DNA of 64,000 nucleotides from an uncultured Verrucomicrobiae bacterium (GTDB lineage Bacteria; Chlamydiota; Chlamydiia; Chlamydiales; Rhabdochlamydiaceae): NCBI GenBank assembly GCA_963806855.1, contig CAWDYW010000001.1, positions 384,001 to 448,000 of the forward strand, read 5' to 3'. Shown piece by piece: positions 46,563 to 55,830 of this stretch (position 1 is its first letter; each line of letters starts with the position of its first letter). The notes under the pieces were generated by a model. It saw only the letters and a program-made list of their open reading frames with translations, ran no database searches and was not told where the DNA came from. The position numbers and the translations under genes were made by a program.

Positions 46563-47375
46563 TTAGAGAATGCTTTTTAGGAAGGCTTCGATCTGCGATT
46601 CGAGACCGGCAACCGGCTTGCCCTCGGCAGAGAGGCCCCATTTTTGCAGGAGTTTGTCGTATTCCCCACTTTTTTTGTATGCGGCGAGCCCTTGATTAAA
46701 ACGGTGAATTAACTTGGGGGCGGCATTGTGAAGAGTGATGAGTCTTAATCCATCATCGTTCAAAGGAGGGGCGATGATCTTCAGTGTCTGAGGGTAAAAA
46801 TTGCGCATGTAATCTTGTGCGATAATTGCATCGACGGCCGCCGCTTCGATTTGCTCATCAGCCAGATTGGCAAGAGCGTCGGCGATTGAGTCGTAATTGC
46901 GTAGGATAACACCAGGAGCAGATTCGAGCAGCAGCGCTGCTGAAGAGCCTTTGACGATGCCCACTGCTTTGTCTTGAAGCTGTTTGGCGCTCTTGATTGT
47001 AGAATTGGCTGGTACGACTAAAACTGGCCCAGTCATCAGATAGGGATCGGAGAAGGAGTAGGCCTTGAGATTGAAATTATAGCGAGGCATTGAGGCCAAA
47101 ATCGCATCGTATTTTTTTTCATTCAATCCTTGAACAAGGTTATTCCAATTCGCACTTGTGATCGCTAATTGAAGATGCTCCTTTTTGGCGATTTCGACGA
47201 GGAGTTCAACCGAAAATGCCAGGATATTTTTCTCTTGGCCAGGAACCTGAAGAGGATACCAGGAAGTGTCGATGCCGATTTCATATCCCGAACGATTTTT
47301 TTTACTGCTGCAGCTGCATACGGCAAGCGCACACAGCAGCAGTAGTAATAAGTGAGGATAATGTTTTGCCCTCAT
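46563..47375 (-). CDS. Polar amino acid ABC substrate-binding lipoprotein
   Basis: Lipoprotein signal; WNNL..GL, FSDPY, GEYDKLLQKW. Confidence 0.85.
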   Translation of the reverse strand: MRAKHYPHLLLLLLCALAVCSCSSKKNRSGYEIGIDTSWYPLQVPGQEKNILAFSVELLVEIAKKEHLQLAITSANWNNLVQGLNEKKYDAILASMPRYNFNLKAYSFSDPYLMTGPVLVVPANSTIKSAKQLQDKAVGIVKGSSAALLLESAPGVILRNYDSIADALANLADEQIEAAAVDAIIAQDYMRNFYPQTLKIIAPPLNDDGLRLITLHNAAPKLIHRFNQGLAAYKKSGEYDKLLQKWGLSAEGKPVAGLESQIEAFLKSIL

Positions 47376-48526
47376 TACCTTCTGTCTCTTTCATCTACAT
47401 GATGGTAGTCTTCAAAACTGTTATAAAGGTCTTGCAAACAATCGAGAGCATTTTTTAGCCGCTTTTCTGAAATGGGTTCTTCGGTATTTTTGATTTGCCT
47501 AAAGAGATCAACAACCCCTTTTCGTAAATCAGCATTGAGATCTTTCGGTATGAGGGCAGGAAGCAGTATTTCAAACTGCTCAACTGTGATTGCTTGTAGG
47601 AAGGTCGTCGTATAATTGATATGAGGTTTTATTCCATACTTTGGAGCATCGTCCTCCAGAGATAACATATTCAGGATCCCCACTTGTTTGCCAAAGCAAG
47701 CTCTGATATCTTCGTGGTCCTGCTTCTTGGTTAGCTCTCTGATGATGCGATTATCGGTTAAATGTTTAATGATTGTGTCAGCTTTAAAATCTCTGATATT
47801 GATTAAATCAGTGACAAACTTCGTAAACGCACTCGGCTGTTTAGTCATTTCACGGGCAATGTCAGGTATATAATTTGAAACTAGATTCTTAAGAGCTTGA
47901 AGTTGAGGTCTTAGATTTTCGTCACAGCCGCGGCTTGATTCTAAAATGAATTTTATCTCGTTACAGAAACTAATGATGACTTTGCCCAATGTTGGGATAT
48001 TGTGTTTGAATTGATCTACGCCACCTTTTAAGTTATCCTGAGTGACATCTTCCCACATGAGACGGATTGCTGTAATAACTGCCGCTTTTTGATCTTGCAG
48101 CTTTCCCATGAGGCTCTCTGCGCGCAGTTCCTTATTTAACTTTTTGCAGAAATCTTTATACACCCCCTTGTTCTTATCAAGAAGTTTTGTCACCTTCTCT
48201 GGGTCATAAAATGCCGCTTGGATGCATGCGTTCAAATTTTCCTGAAAATTTTTAGCAAATTCCTTTGCTTGCCCTTTATAAGGGGAAAACATCTCTTCGA
48301 TAATCTCGAGTTTAGAGGGTTCGATGGCGCAAAAACTGAAAAGTTCAAAGATTGCGTTATAAATTTTAGTCAATACTGCTTTCACCCATGCCCCTATTCC
48401 CCCCCCTCTCTTAGGAGTAGAAGATGCGACTAGCGTATCGCGGGGCTGCTCAGTTGAAAAGCTGACAGGAAGGATATCTGCTACTAGCGGTGCTTCGGTT
48501 GGGCGGTTAGATCTTTCGATTTGCAT
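47375..48526 (-). CDS. Fourth copy of the ~310-aa effector domain with a different N-terminus
   Basis: Shares FQENLNAC.QAAFYDP, LRPQLQALKNLVS and INYTTTFLQAIT.EQFEILLPALI with the 40.5-44.2 kb copies. Confidence 0.8.
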   Translation of the reverse strand: MQIERSNRPTEAPLVADILPVSFSTEQPRDTLVASSTPKRGGGIGAWVKAVLTKIYNAIFELFSFCAIEPSKLEIIEEMFSPYKGQAKEFAKNFQENLNACIQAAFYDPEKVTKLLDKNKGVYKDFCKKLNKELRAESLMGKLQDQKAAVITAIRLMWEDVTQDNLKGGVDQFKHNIPTLGKVIISFCNEIKFILESSRGCDENLRPQLQALKNLVSNYIPDIAREMTKQPSAFTKFVTDLINIRDFKADTIIKHLTDNRIIRELTKKQDHEDIRACFGKQVGILNMLSLEDDAPKYGIKPHINYTTTFLQAITVEQFEILLPALIPKDLNADLRKGVVDLFRQIKNTEEPISEKRLKNALDCLQDLYNSFEDYHHVDERDRR

Positions 48527-48606
48527 GTTGTGCTCCTGGTTATGTTAAAGAAAAAATAAGATATAGCCATAGGGATTTTTTCACAAGATTAAAATTTGAA
48601 TTTTTT

Positions 48607-50031
48607 TTATGCGAGCAGGGCTCTAAGGACGAAATAACAAAGAATGCTCATTATGGCACTCGCCGGAATGGTGATGATCCATGACATGGCGATTTCGCGT
48701 ATGGTGCGCAAGTTAATCGCCCGGATTCCCCCAGCTAATCCGACGCCGAGGACGGCGCCAACTAAACAGTGGGTCGTCGAAATGGGGAGGCCCATTTTTG
48801 AGGCGATGAGGATGGTAATCGCGGCGCCGAACTCGGCAGAGAAGCCGCGGGTTGGAGTAAGCTCTGTAATTTTGCGGCCGATCGTTTCGATGACTCGCCA
48901 GCCCCAAGTTGCAAGGCCGATCACGATCCCCAAGCCTCCGAAGGCGAGCAGCCAGGAAGGGACGGGGGCTGCAGAGGCGAGGACGCCGTGCTTGATGGTC
49001 TCAATGACCGAGGCGACAGGCGCAATCGCATTGGCAACATCGTTGGCTCCGTGGGCAAATGCGACAAAGCAGGCGCTGATGATCTGCATGAAACCAAATG
49101 CCTTTTCGACGAAGCTATACTCTGAGGTGCGGGTGTCGAAACCGGTCTCTTGTCTTAAGTCCCCTTTCAGTGAGTGCATCTGTTCGAGCAGATTGGTCAC
49201 TTTATCATGGGTGGGGTCGATTGAGGTCGACCGGACTCTGCGCATGTGCTTGATCGCTTTGTCTAAGCTGATGAGGGTTTGGGGCAGAATCAATGAGGAG
49301 GTCGTTTGCGGAGCTTCAGGTGCTGGAAGTCGTCTGACGATGAGCAATCCAGCGCCGGAGGCGATCAGGCCGACGACAACGCTAATGAGGGCTGCCTGGA
49401 AAAAGTTTAATTGTAGATCGATCCGGCCCAGTCCATTGAAAAGAAGGCTTAAGGTAAAGGTGAAGAAGACGAAGAAGAGGTAGATGGGGATATGCCGTTT
49501 TGTTGCCTGAGCGGGATTGAGAGTGAAGAGGATCTGCCGTTCGAGGATCCTAAAGATGGCGTAGGAGATCACGCCGCTGAGTAGGGGAGAAATGACCCAG
49601 CTAAGGGCGATTTCGCCGATTTTGCCCCATTCTATTCCAGTAAAGCCGAGTGTCAAAATGCCAAAGCCTAAAATCGCTCCGATAATGGCGTGGGTGGTCG
49701 AAACGGGGAGCCCAAAATAGGAGGCAAATTGGAGCCAAAGGCCGGTTCCGAGCAGGGCGCCGCACATGCCGAAAATCAAGGTGTTTGGAGTCGAGGCGAA
49801 TTGGGTGATATCGATGAGCTGTCCCTGCATCGTTTCCGAGACAGTTCCTCCGACGAAAAAGGCGCCGCAAAATTCGAGGATGGCGGCGATGATCACTGCC
49901 CGTCGCAGGGTCAATGCCCCAGAGCCGACCGAGGTCCCCATCGCATTGGAGACATCGTTGGCTCCGATATTCCAGGCCATATAGAACCCTACTAGCAGGA
50001 CAACGATTGTTAAAAGGGTTTCAACTTCCAT
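48607..50031 (-). CDS. pit: PiT family inorganic phosphate transporter
   Basis: GANDVSNAMGT, PVSTTH, HGANDVANA, PISTTH. Confidence 0.95.
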   Translation of the reverse strand: MEVETLLTIVVLLVGFYMAWNIGANDVSNAMGTSVGSGALTLRRAVIIAAILEFCGAFFVGGTVSETMQGQLIDITQFASTPNTLIFGMCGALLGTGLWLQFASYFGLPVSTTHAIIGAILGFGILTLGFTGIEWGKIGEIALSWVISPLLSGVISYAIFRILERQILFTLNPAQATKRHIPIYLFFVFFTFTLSLLFNGLGRIDLQLNFFQAALISVVVGLIASGAGLLIVRRLPAPEAPQTTSSLILPQTLISLDKAIKHMRRVRSTSIDPTHDKVTNLLEQMHSLKGDLRQETGFDTRTSEYSFVEKAFGFMQIISACFVAFAHGANDVANAIAPVASVIETIKHGVLASAAPVPSWLLAFGGLGIVIGLATWGWRVIETIGRKITELTPTRGFSAEFGAAITILIASKMGLPISTTHCLVGAVLGVGLAGGIRAINLRTIREIAMSWIITIPASAIMSILCYFVLRALLA

Positions 50032-50037
50032 TGGCGA

Positions 50038-50712
50038 TTATTTGAGTTCTAAAACCATCCGAATTCTGTTGGCCAGTTTTTCGGAGCGTTGAGCTATAGC
50101 TCCGATATCTTCTACCAGGCGGAGCCAGTGATGAAAAGCGGGGGCTGAGAGCTGTTCCCCCTCATTAAACAGTTTTTTTAGGAGCTGTTGCTTCTGCTTC
50201 TGAGCTTGATGCTCTTTAAAGGCAGTTTCCTCCACCATGATTTTCACTTTTTCCGCTTCGATTCCCCCAAAGGCAGCCTCGAGCAGTTCGTCTATCTCTT
50301 CGATGATCCGCTTAGCATCCCAAAACACTTCGGCCGATTTGACGAAAAATGCGGTTAATCTCTCTTGATAGTGCTCGTAATCAGCAAGAGGGCGGAGCGC
50401 CAAGGTGATTCCTACCGCTTCGGCCATGTCGGCGATCGAATCTTGGATTGCCAAAATTTCTAAGAAATGGCCCCGATCGATCGGCATGAAGAGGCTCTTA
50501 GGAAGGTGGTTGCGGATGTCGTTTTTGGTCAGATCGGCTTCATGTTCGAGCTGCGAGAGCTCCTGAGCTAGCCGTTCGATCTTATCGGTCTCTTTGTTGA
50601 CGAGAGATTCGAAAATCTTGGTCAGTTTCTCCATGCAGCTGGCCACCCTGTTCATGTGCGTTTGCAGCGGGGCAAAGGGCGATTTTCCAAACAGGCGAGC
50701 GATGGTCAACAT
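50038..50712 (-). CDS. DUF47/TIGR00153 phosphate transport regulator
   Basis: LFGKSPFAPLQ.H, EHEAD..K..IR, QDSIAD; upstream of pit. Confidence 0.92.
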   Translation of the reverse strand: MLTIARLFGKSPFAPLQTHMNRVASCMEKLTKIFESLVNKETDKIERLAQELSQLEHEADLTKNDIRNHLPKSLFMPIDRGHFLEILAIQDSIADMAEAVGITLALRPLADYEHYQERLTAFFVKSAEVFWDAKRIIEEIDELLEAAFGGIEAEKVKIMVEETAFKEHQAQKQKQQLLKKLFNEGEQLSAPAFHHWLRLVEDIGAIAQRSEKLANRIRMVLELK

Positions 50713-50767
50713 ATGTCAGTATGGTATGGGATTTGGCGATTTTTTGAATACGTCGAAAATTAATCAC

Positions 50768-50811
50768 TTGATCAAAAATCGACATCAAATATACGATATT
50801 GAACGTTCAAT
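50768..50811 (+). promoter_or_regulatory. Promoter plus perfect 14-bp operator palindrome
   Basis: TTGATC-N18-TACGAT immediately followed by ATTGAACGTTCAAT (50798-50811). Confidence 0.6.
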
Positions 50812-50872
50812 CGATTCGAGCATCAAAAACAGACAAAAATACAAAACCAAAACGCCTTAAGAGGATAGAGGA

Positions 50873-53737
50873 ATGCAAATAGAAAAATGTACTGGATTCA
50901 ACCCTCAACTGGGTCCGTCATTGCTTCAGCCTAATTCTATTTCTGATTGCAGGGTTCTTGAGCGGCTTCGTAAGCGGACGCAGTTTCAGAAATCAGATTA
51001 CAAAGTATATATCGAACGGCTTCACAAGCGGATTCAGTTATTAGAAAGCTCCGAGCTTGTGGAGAAAATTCTCAGTGGACTTAAGTTGAAAACTATCCCT
51101 GTAGTACTGGGTTCGCTCTTCTCCGACCTTTTGCAAGAACCGCTTCCTATCAAAATAGAGAGCTCTATCTGGAAAATAAGGGCAGCTTTAATAAACTACG
51201 CTATAGGGCCTCATGCAGGGGATAATAAAGAAATCCGATCGAGATTTAGAGAAGAGATTGATCAGATGATCTTGGATCTTAGAGAGCTTCGGAAGCAGAA
51301 TCTTTTTAAAGCTTTGTGGAAGCGTGAAAATATGAGCTTTGTGGGTGAAGCTCTTAATCTAAGTGATGCTGATCGTGGAGTTTTTTTCACTGGAATAATT
51401 GAACGCTGCGATGGTGATGAAAATAAAAAGACATTCGTAATGAAGGATAGGTCTAAGTGTGTAATTTCATTTCAAGATAGCGAAATTAATTTTTTTTCAA
51501 AAGTTTTACGTGCCAGTTTTTTCAGATGTTTAATAACCGGCGTTATTAAAGATCAAGATCGTTTCTTTATAGAATCTGATGGTAAAATAGTTATTAATGG
51601 AGAATATCAATTATTAGTCCCGGGTCAAGAGAAGGCTGATTGTTATAGTTTGGAAATTCGCAATATTAATCTCGGGAATGTGTATGTCTTGAAATTCACA
51701 AATTTTGAGAGTGATTTTGCGGATGTCAAAATTAAGATTGGGGCTTTTGAATTTGGGCTAGAGGATTTTGAAAGAGAGTTTATTGTAAAAAAGGAGGAGG
51801 AACAACCAATTAAAGGCATAAACTTTTCCAATGTTTGCAAATACGTTTCTTTTCAAATTGCAGGTTCTTCTAATCGGCAAAATGTGGGTGTAGAAGTCGA
51901 TCAGAGCATTGTGGAAAGGAATGTTCTAGCGCAGAAGATGGAGCTTATCAATAGGGCCATTGAATTAGAGGCTACAACTAAAGATAGGGATATCGTCTTA
52001 GTAATCGGCGAATCAAATTCTGATAAGGCCAAAGTGATTAATAGCTTGGCCGCATCAACGTCAAACTTAATTGATTGTCCAAATGTTTATCATCCTTCCA
52101 GCGAAGAGAGCGTATTAATTGAAAATCTGATGATAGATCGAGCTATTTCAAAAGCCAAATCGATTAAAGCTGTATTAATTGCTGTCTCAGCCGATGATTT
52201 TTTCATAGATCAAGGTGCAAGAGTGCTTACTTTAATTGAGCACGTTCGAGATAGATTTCCACAAGCATTTGACCCTTCCTATTACGAAAGAAATTCTCGA
52301 TTTTTTCTCTGTATCACCAAAGGAGTTCTAAGATCATTCAATACAGTTGAAGAGCTTTCAAAGCTAATAGAGGTCTATGAGAATGCAGCGGATGTTGAAA
52401 GAGCGCAGGAATTAGAATTAGGGGACATTTTTAGTTATCGATTATTACAATCTAGGTGGAAAATTTGGAATAGTCTCAAAAGCATGTGCAATGGAAGGGC
52501 GATTTTATGCAATGGAAGCGAAGAGGGGATTAATTTTAATCATTCGGATGAAGCGCTGGAGCCAAAAACCTATCATAAAAAGGTTTGGGAAAAAGACTTG
52601 ATTCGACAGAGGTTTCTCGCTTTCGTAAGGTCTGCTGCTCAGATATGGGATTCTCAGTTTTTTGGCCCCTATCTAAGTGTTCTGTCGAAAATTGAGAAGT
52701 GGGAGCAATCGATCCTCGAGCTAGAGGATCTGATAAAGAAACTGCGGGACTCGGAATGGGATTTAGGTGAAGTTTTACATCTGCTAAATGGATTTCAAAA
52801 TAATCTCCATTGTCATTTAGATAATTTGCGAACTAATTTGCATGTGATTGATAAAGATATAAAGATGCGTAAAGCGACTAAAGCTAAATTACTAGAAGAA
52901 ATCGCAGGGCTTGGAGCGGGCAATATAGATAAAGTGATTTATGAAAAAAAATATACAGCTGAGATGGAAGTGACGATTTGTGATTTCGATCAGCGAGAGC
53001 GATTGAGAGAGTTGGGTGAGGGAAAGAATATTGTCGGAAAAAACCTTCGGACAATTCTACTGGGAACTTTCGATGGTTGTACACGACCTCTATTCATAAT
53101 AGAAAAAGAATTTCAATTGGCCCCGAGTGATCCTAACGCTATTTTTAGCTTTGAACAAAAGAGAGTTGGAGGTGGTTACTCCAGTAAATTAGAAGGGGAG
53201 GGATATGAATTAAGAAAAATAAAAGTATTTCCTGGAGGCAAAAAAATTGCTTACGAGTTTTTGATGAAATATATAAAAGGTGGGCCGATTCCTTCGGTTA
53301 AAATTACTCATAGTATTCCCAATCAGGTAATCAGAGATCAGAAAAATGCAGAAATTGCCCATCTAGAAGAAGTAATAGGCAATTTGGAAAAAAAGAGAGT
53401 TTTGCTCCTAAAAGATATGGAATGCGAAAAAGAAAGAGAATATCTAAATAGCGCCATTCTTGAAAACAGAAACATGCTTGAAAATGAGCGAACTACGAGA
53501 TTAAAACTGGAAGAAAAATTGTCATCAACCCGGAAATCTTATCAAGATGAGATCAGAATCAAAGGCGAACTTGCCACTTTTATCAAAGATTTTATCAAAG
53601 AACGAAAGAGGGAGCTCGAAATCTTTTACGACTTCGCTGCTCTAAATATTGTGAAGCAACCCGAAGATCCAAACGATCCGCTAAGACGGTTTGTCAAAAT
53701 GTGCGATCGTTTGAAATCAACAAATTTTAACAATTAA
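50873..53737 (+). CDS. Large protein with a degenerate TRAFAC-GTPase-like domain and coiled coils
   Basis: IVLVIGESNSDKAKVINSL (G1-like), LIDCPN (DxPG-like), LCITK (G4-like); heptad-rich C-terminal half. Confidence 0.6.
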   Translation: MQIEKCTGFNPQLGPSLLQPNSISDCRVLERLRKRTQFQKSDYKVYIERLHKRIQLLESSELVEKILSGLKLKTIPVVLGSLFSDLLQEPLPIKIESSIWKIRAALINYAIGPHAGDNKEIRSRFREEIDQMILDLRELRKQNLFKALWKRENMSFVGEALNLSDADRGVFFTGIIERCDGDENKKTFVMKDRSKCVISFQDSEINFFSKVLRASFFRCLITGVIKDQDRFFIESDGKIVINGEYQLLVPGQEKADCYSLEIRNINLGNVYVLKFTNFESDFADVKIKIGAFEFGLEDFEREFIVKKEEEQPIKGINFSNVCKYVSFQIAGSSNRQNVGVEVDQSIVERNVLAQKMELINRAIELEATTKDRDIVLVIGESNSDKAKVINSLAASTSNLIDCPNVYHPSSEESVLIENLMIDRAISKAKSIKAVLIAVSADDFFIDQGARVLTLIEHVRDRFPQAFDPSYYERNSRFFLCITKGVLRSFNTVEELSKLIEVYENAADVERAQELELGDIFSYRLLQSRWKIWNSLKSMCNGRAILCNGSEEGINFNHSDEALEPKTYHKKVWEKDLIRQRFLAFVRSAAQIWDSQFFGPYLSVLSKIEKWEQSILELEDLIKKLRDSEWDLGEVLHLLNGFQNNLHCHLDNLRTNLHVIDKDIKMRKATKAKLLEEIAGLGAGNIDKVIYEKKYTAEMEVTICDFDQRERLRELGEGKNIVGKNLRTILLGTFDGCTRPLFIIEKEFQLAPSDPNAIFSFEQKRVGGGYSSKLEGEGYELRKIKVFPGGKKIAYEFLMKYIKGGPIPSVKITHSIPNQVIRDQKNAEIAHLEEVIGNLEKKRVLLLKDMECEKEREYLNSAILENRNMLENERTTRLKLEEKLSSTRKSYQDEIRIKGELATFIKDFIKERKRELEIFYDFAALNIVKQPEDPNDPLRRFVKMCDRLKSTNFNN

Positions 53738-53751
53738 ATAAGGAGTTTTTT

Positions 53752-55704
53752 ATGCACCCAGTCACAACAGCCAGAATGGCTAGCAAACAATCGGCGCAAC
53801 CTTCACAAGTGAAGCCAGGGACCACCCTTTATACCTATCCCCTTAAAGATAGAAAAATAGAAGTGAAGACAAATGACGCTAATGAACTAATAGCTAGGGT
53901 CGACGGTTCAAAGGAAAAAAAGACCCTTCTATTGGGAAATCTTCCAGATGAAATAAAAAAAACTCGAGATGAATCAAAATTAAAAAGATTTTTCGAGCGT
54001 GTTCATTTAGTTCTAGAAGGTGATGAGGTTAAAGGTGAGGAGGTTAAGGTTAATGTTTATGACTCACGTTCTGATAGAGGAGATGTAAGGAATATGATTC
54101 CATTTCACCCAAGCCTTACTTTGGGTGGTATCGTCAGAAGAAGGACTATTGAAGAGATGCAAGCCCAAGCAAGAAATCCAAAGAGGAATCCGCGAGCATT
54201 GCGGGCAGAGCTTAAAGCAAGTCAGGATAACCTGAGAGAGAAAAATAGCGAGGTGAAGGTTCAAAGTGACAGAGTAGATCAGTTAGTGAAAGCTAAAGCT
54301 TCAGAAGACGAGATAATCAATGAAGATCAAATAGCTTTGTCTCTACAAGCAGAGGCGAGGCTTGAGTGTTTAAATCAACAGAGGATACTTAGTGAATTAT
54401 ATAAATCTCATACCGACATTTCCTCAGAATTGCCCTCTGTGTTTCAGCATGGCTTAAATACCGTAATCGATTTGAGCTTGGACGAGTCAATAAAATCTCA
54501 GCCTCGGGGGAGTAAAGAAGCGTATTTTGTTTGTGATTTTATCGATTTGCGAACAACCGACAAAGAAGTGGTGAGTTCAATTAAAGGGTCGAAGGCAATA
54601 GGTAATATTTCTGCAAGCGGCTCACTTTACTCTTGCAATATTGGGGGAGCTGCTCGTCTAGATAGTTCTATCGGAGATCGTATTGTCGAAATGAAAGAAA
54701 CCGGTGGAGTTGAAGCTGTTTTGATCATCAATGCCTTTGTTTCTACTGGGTACGTTAAATGTATTCCAACTCCAAGTTATAAAGAAGACGAATTAAAAAT
54801 GATTTATCAAATGATGAAAACGGGAAGTGAAAAGGAGCATGATGATTATGGAATTACGACATTAGACAAAAATGGAGAAAAGGCGATTTATTTAATAACT
54901 GAAGAGGTGATGGGAGGTGCTTTTAGCGCATTGGTTACATTTTCAAATTCTAAGATTGCGGCGCATAATACGGCGAAACATCTAGAAAATCGGAATATTT
55001 CTGCAGGGGTTAATGGGGGAGTAAGTATTGGACCAGTGAAAGCCGATTTCGACATTTCTGGTCAACATGGCAAAGAAGCCAGATCCGATGAGGATAAGTT
55101 TAGACACTCTCTATCCACAAAAGTGAATATTGAAATTCTATCAAAGGGAGCGATTCCAACATTTTCAATTGAAGCGCTTCAGCAAAAGATCAATTATTTG
55201 GATGAAGGTCAGGGTATTTTATCTGCTAATAGCGTTTTTAATGCTTTTCAGGAATTTGTAAAAGAGTTGCGAACGAATCCTTTGGCTGGAGCGCCTCTAG
55301 GTTTTAACTATACTGTGTTGACGCAAAGTGCTATCGAGCAAAAATTGAAGGATTTAAATGTGGACACAAAAAAAATAGGCGCTTCCTCTGAGGCTGAACA
55401 TGAAGGGAAGGCAGGTCATGCAGCAGCTCCAGCTGGTTTGCAACCTCTTAAAAACGAGTCTGTTGTAGATGATCTATTCCAGGATTCTGGGCAGAATATG
55501 CCGTCACAATCATCTGAATCACTCGTCCGAAGTGTAGGAAATCCTACTGTAGAAGGACCCGCTGACTCGCAACCTGGACAAGCACAAGCTCCTGGGCTTT
55601 GGGATGTGGCCAGAAGCAAAGTAAAGGGCCTCATGGGCCAGCCAGCTTCTCCAAATTCTAGGCAAACAGGAGTTGTTCCTAAAGAAAAAGAGGAAGACCA
55701 ATAA
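53752..55704 (+). CDS. Hypothetical protein, possible MACPF/CDC-like pore-forming domain
   Basis: IYLITEEVMGGAFSALVTF (GG hinge), two small-residue amphipathic segments, AFQEFV...GAPLGFNYTVL; disordered tail. Confidence 0.45.
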   Translation: MHPVTTARMASKQSAQPSQVKPGTTLYTYPLKDRKIEVKTNDANELIARVDGSKEKKTLLLGNLPDEIKKTRDESKLKRFFERVHLVLEGDEVKGEEVKVNVYDSRSDRGDVRNMIPFHPSLTLGGIVRRRTIEEMQAQARNPKRNPRALRAELKASQDNLREKNSEVKVQSDRVDQLVKAKASEDEIINEDQIALSLQAEARLECLNQQRILSELYKSHTDISSELPSVFQHGLNTVIDLSLDESIKSQPRGSKEAYFVCDFIDLRTTDKEVVSSIKGSKAIGNISASGSLYSCNIGGAARLDSSIGDRIVEMKETGGVEAVLIINAFVSTGYVKCIPTPSYKEDELKMIYQMMKTGSEKEHDDYGITTLDKNGEKAIYLITEEVMGGAFSALVTFSNSKIAAHNTAKHLENRNISAGVNGGVSIGPVKADFDISGQHGKEARSDEDKFRHSLSTKVNIEILSKGAIPTFSIEALQQKINYLDEGQGILSANSVFNAFQEFVKELRTNPLAGAPLGFNYTVLTQSAIEQKLKDLNVDTKKIGASSEAEHEGKAGHAAAPAGLQPLKNESVVDDLFQDSGQNMPSQSSESLVRSVGNPTVEGPADSQPGQAQAPGLWDVARSKVKGLMGQPASPNSRQTGVVPKEKEEDQ

Positions 55705-55793
55705 ACAAACGTCCTTAAAAAGTTTTGGTAAAACTGCGGATGCATACTGTGCCCACACCCTAGTAAAAAAAGGTATTTTGAGGTATCGTTTTT

Positions 55794-55822
55794 CCCGAGC
55801 ATATTTAAAATATGCTTGGGAG
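55794..55822 (+). promoter_or_regulatory. Hairpin overlapping the RBS of the TIR gene
   Basis: cccgagcatattt-a-aaatatgcttggg (55794-55820) overlaps GGGAG (55818-55822). Confidence 0.5.
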
Positions 55823-55830
55823 TAAAATTT

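Noticed and set aside
53752..55704. Bacterial gasdermin
   Set aside because: Much longer than typical bacterial gasdermins and lacks the N-terminal Cys / GY..V.LP pattern; kept only as MACPF-like.
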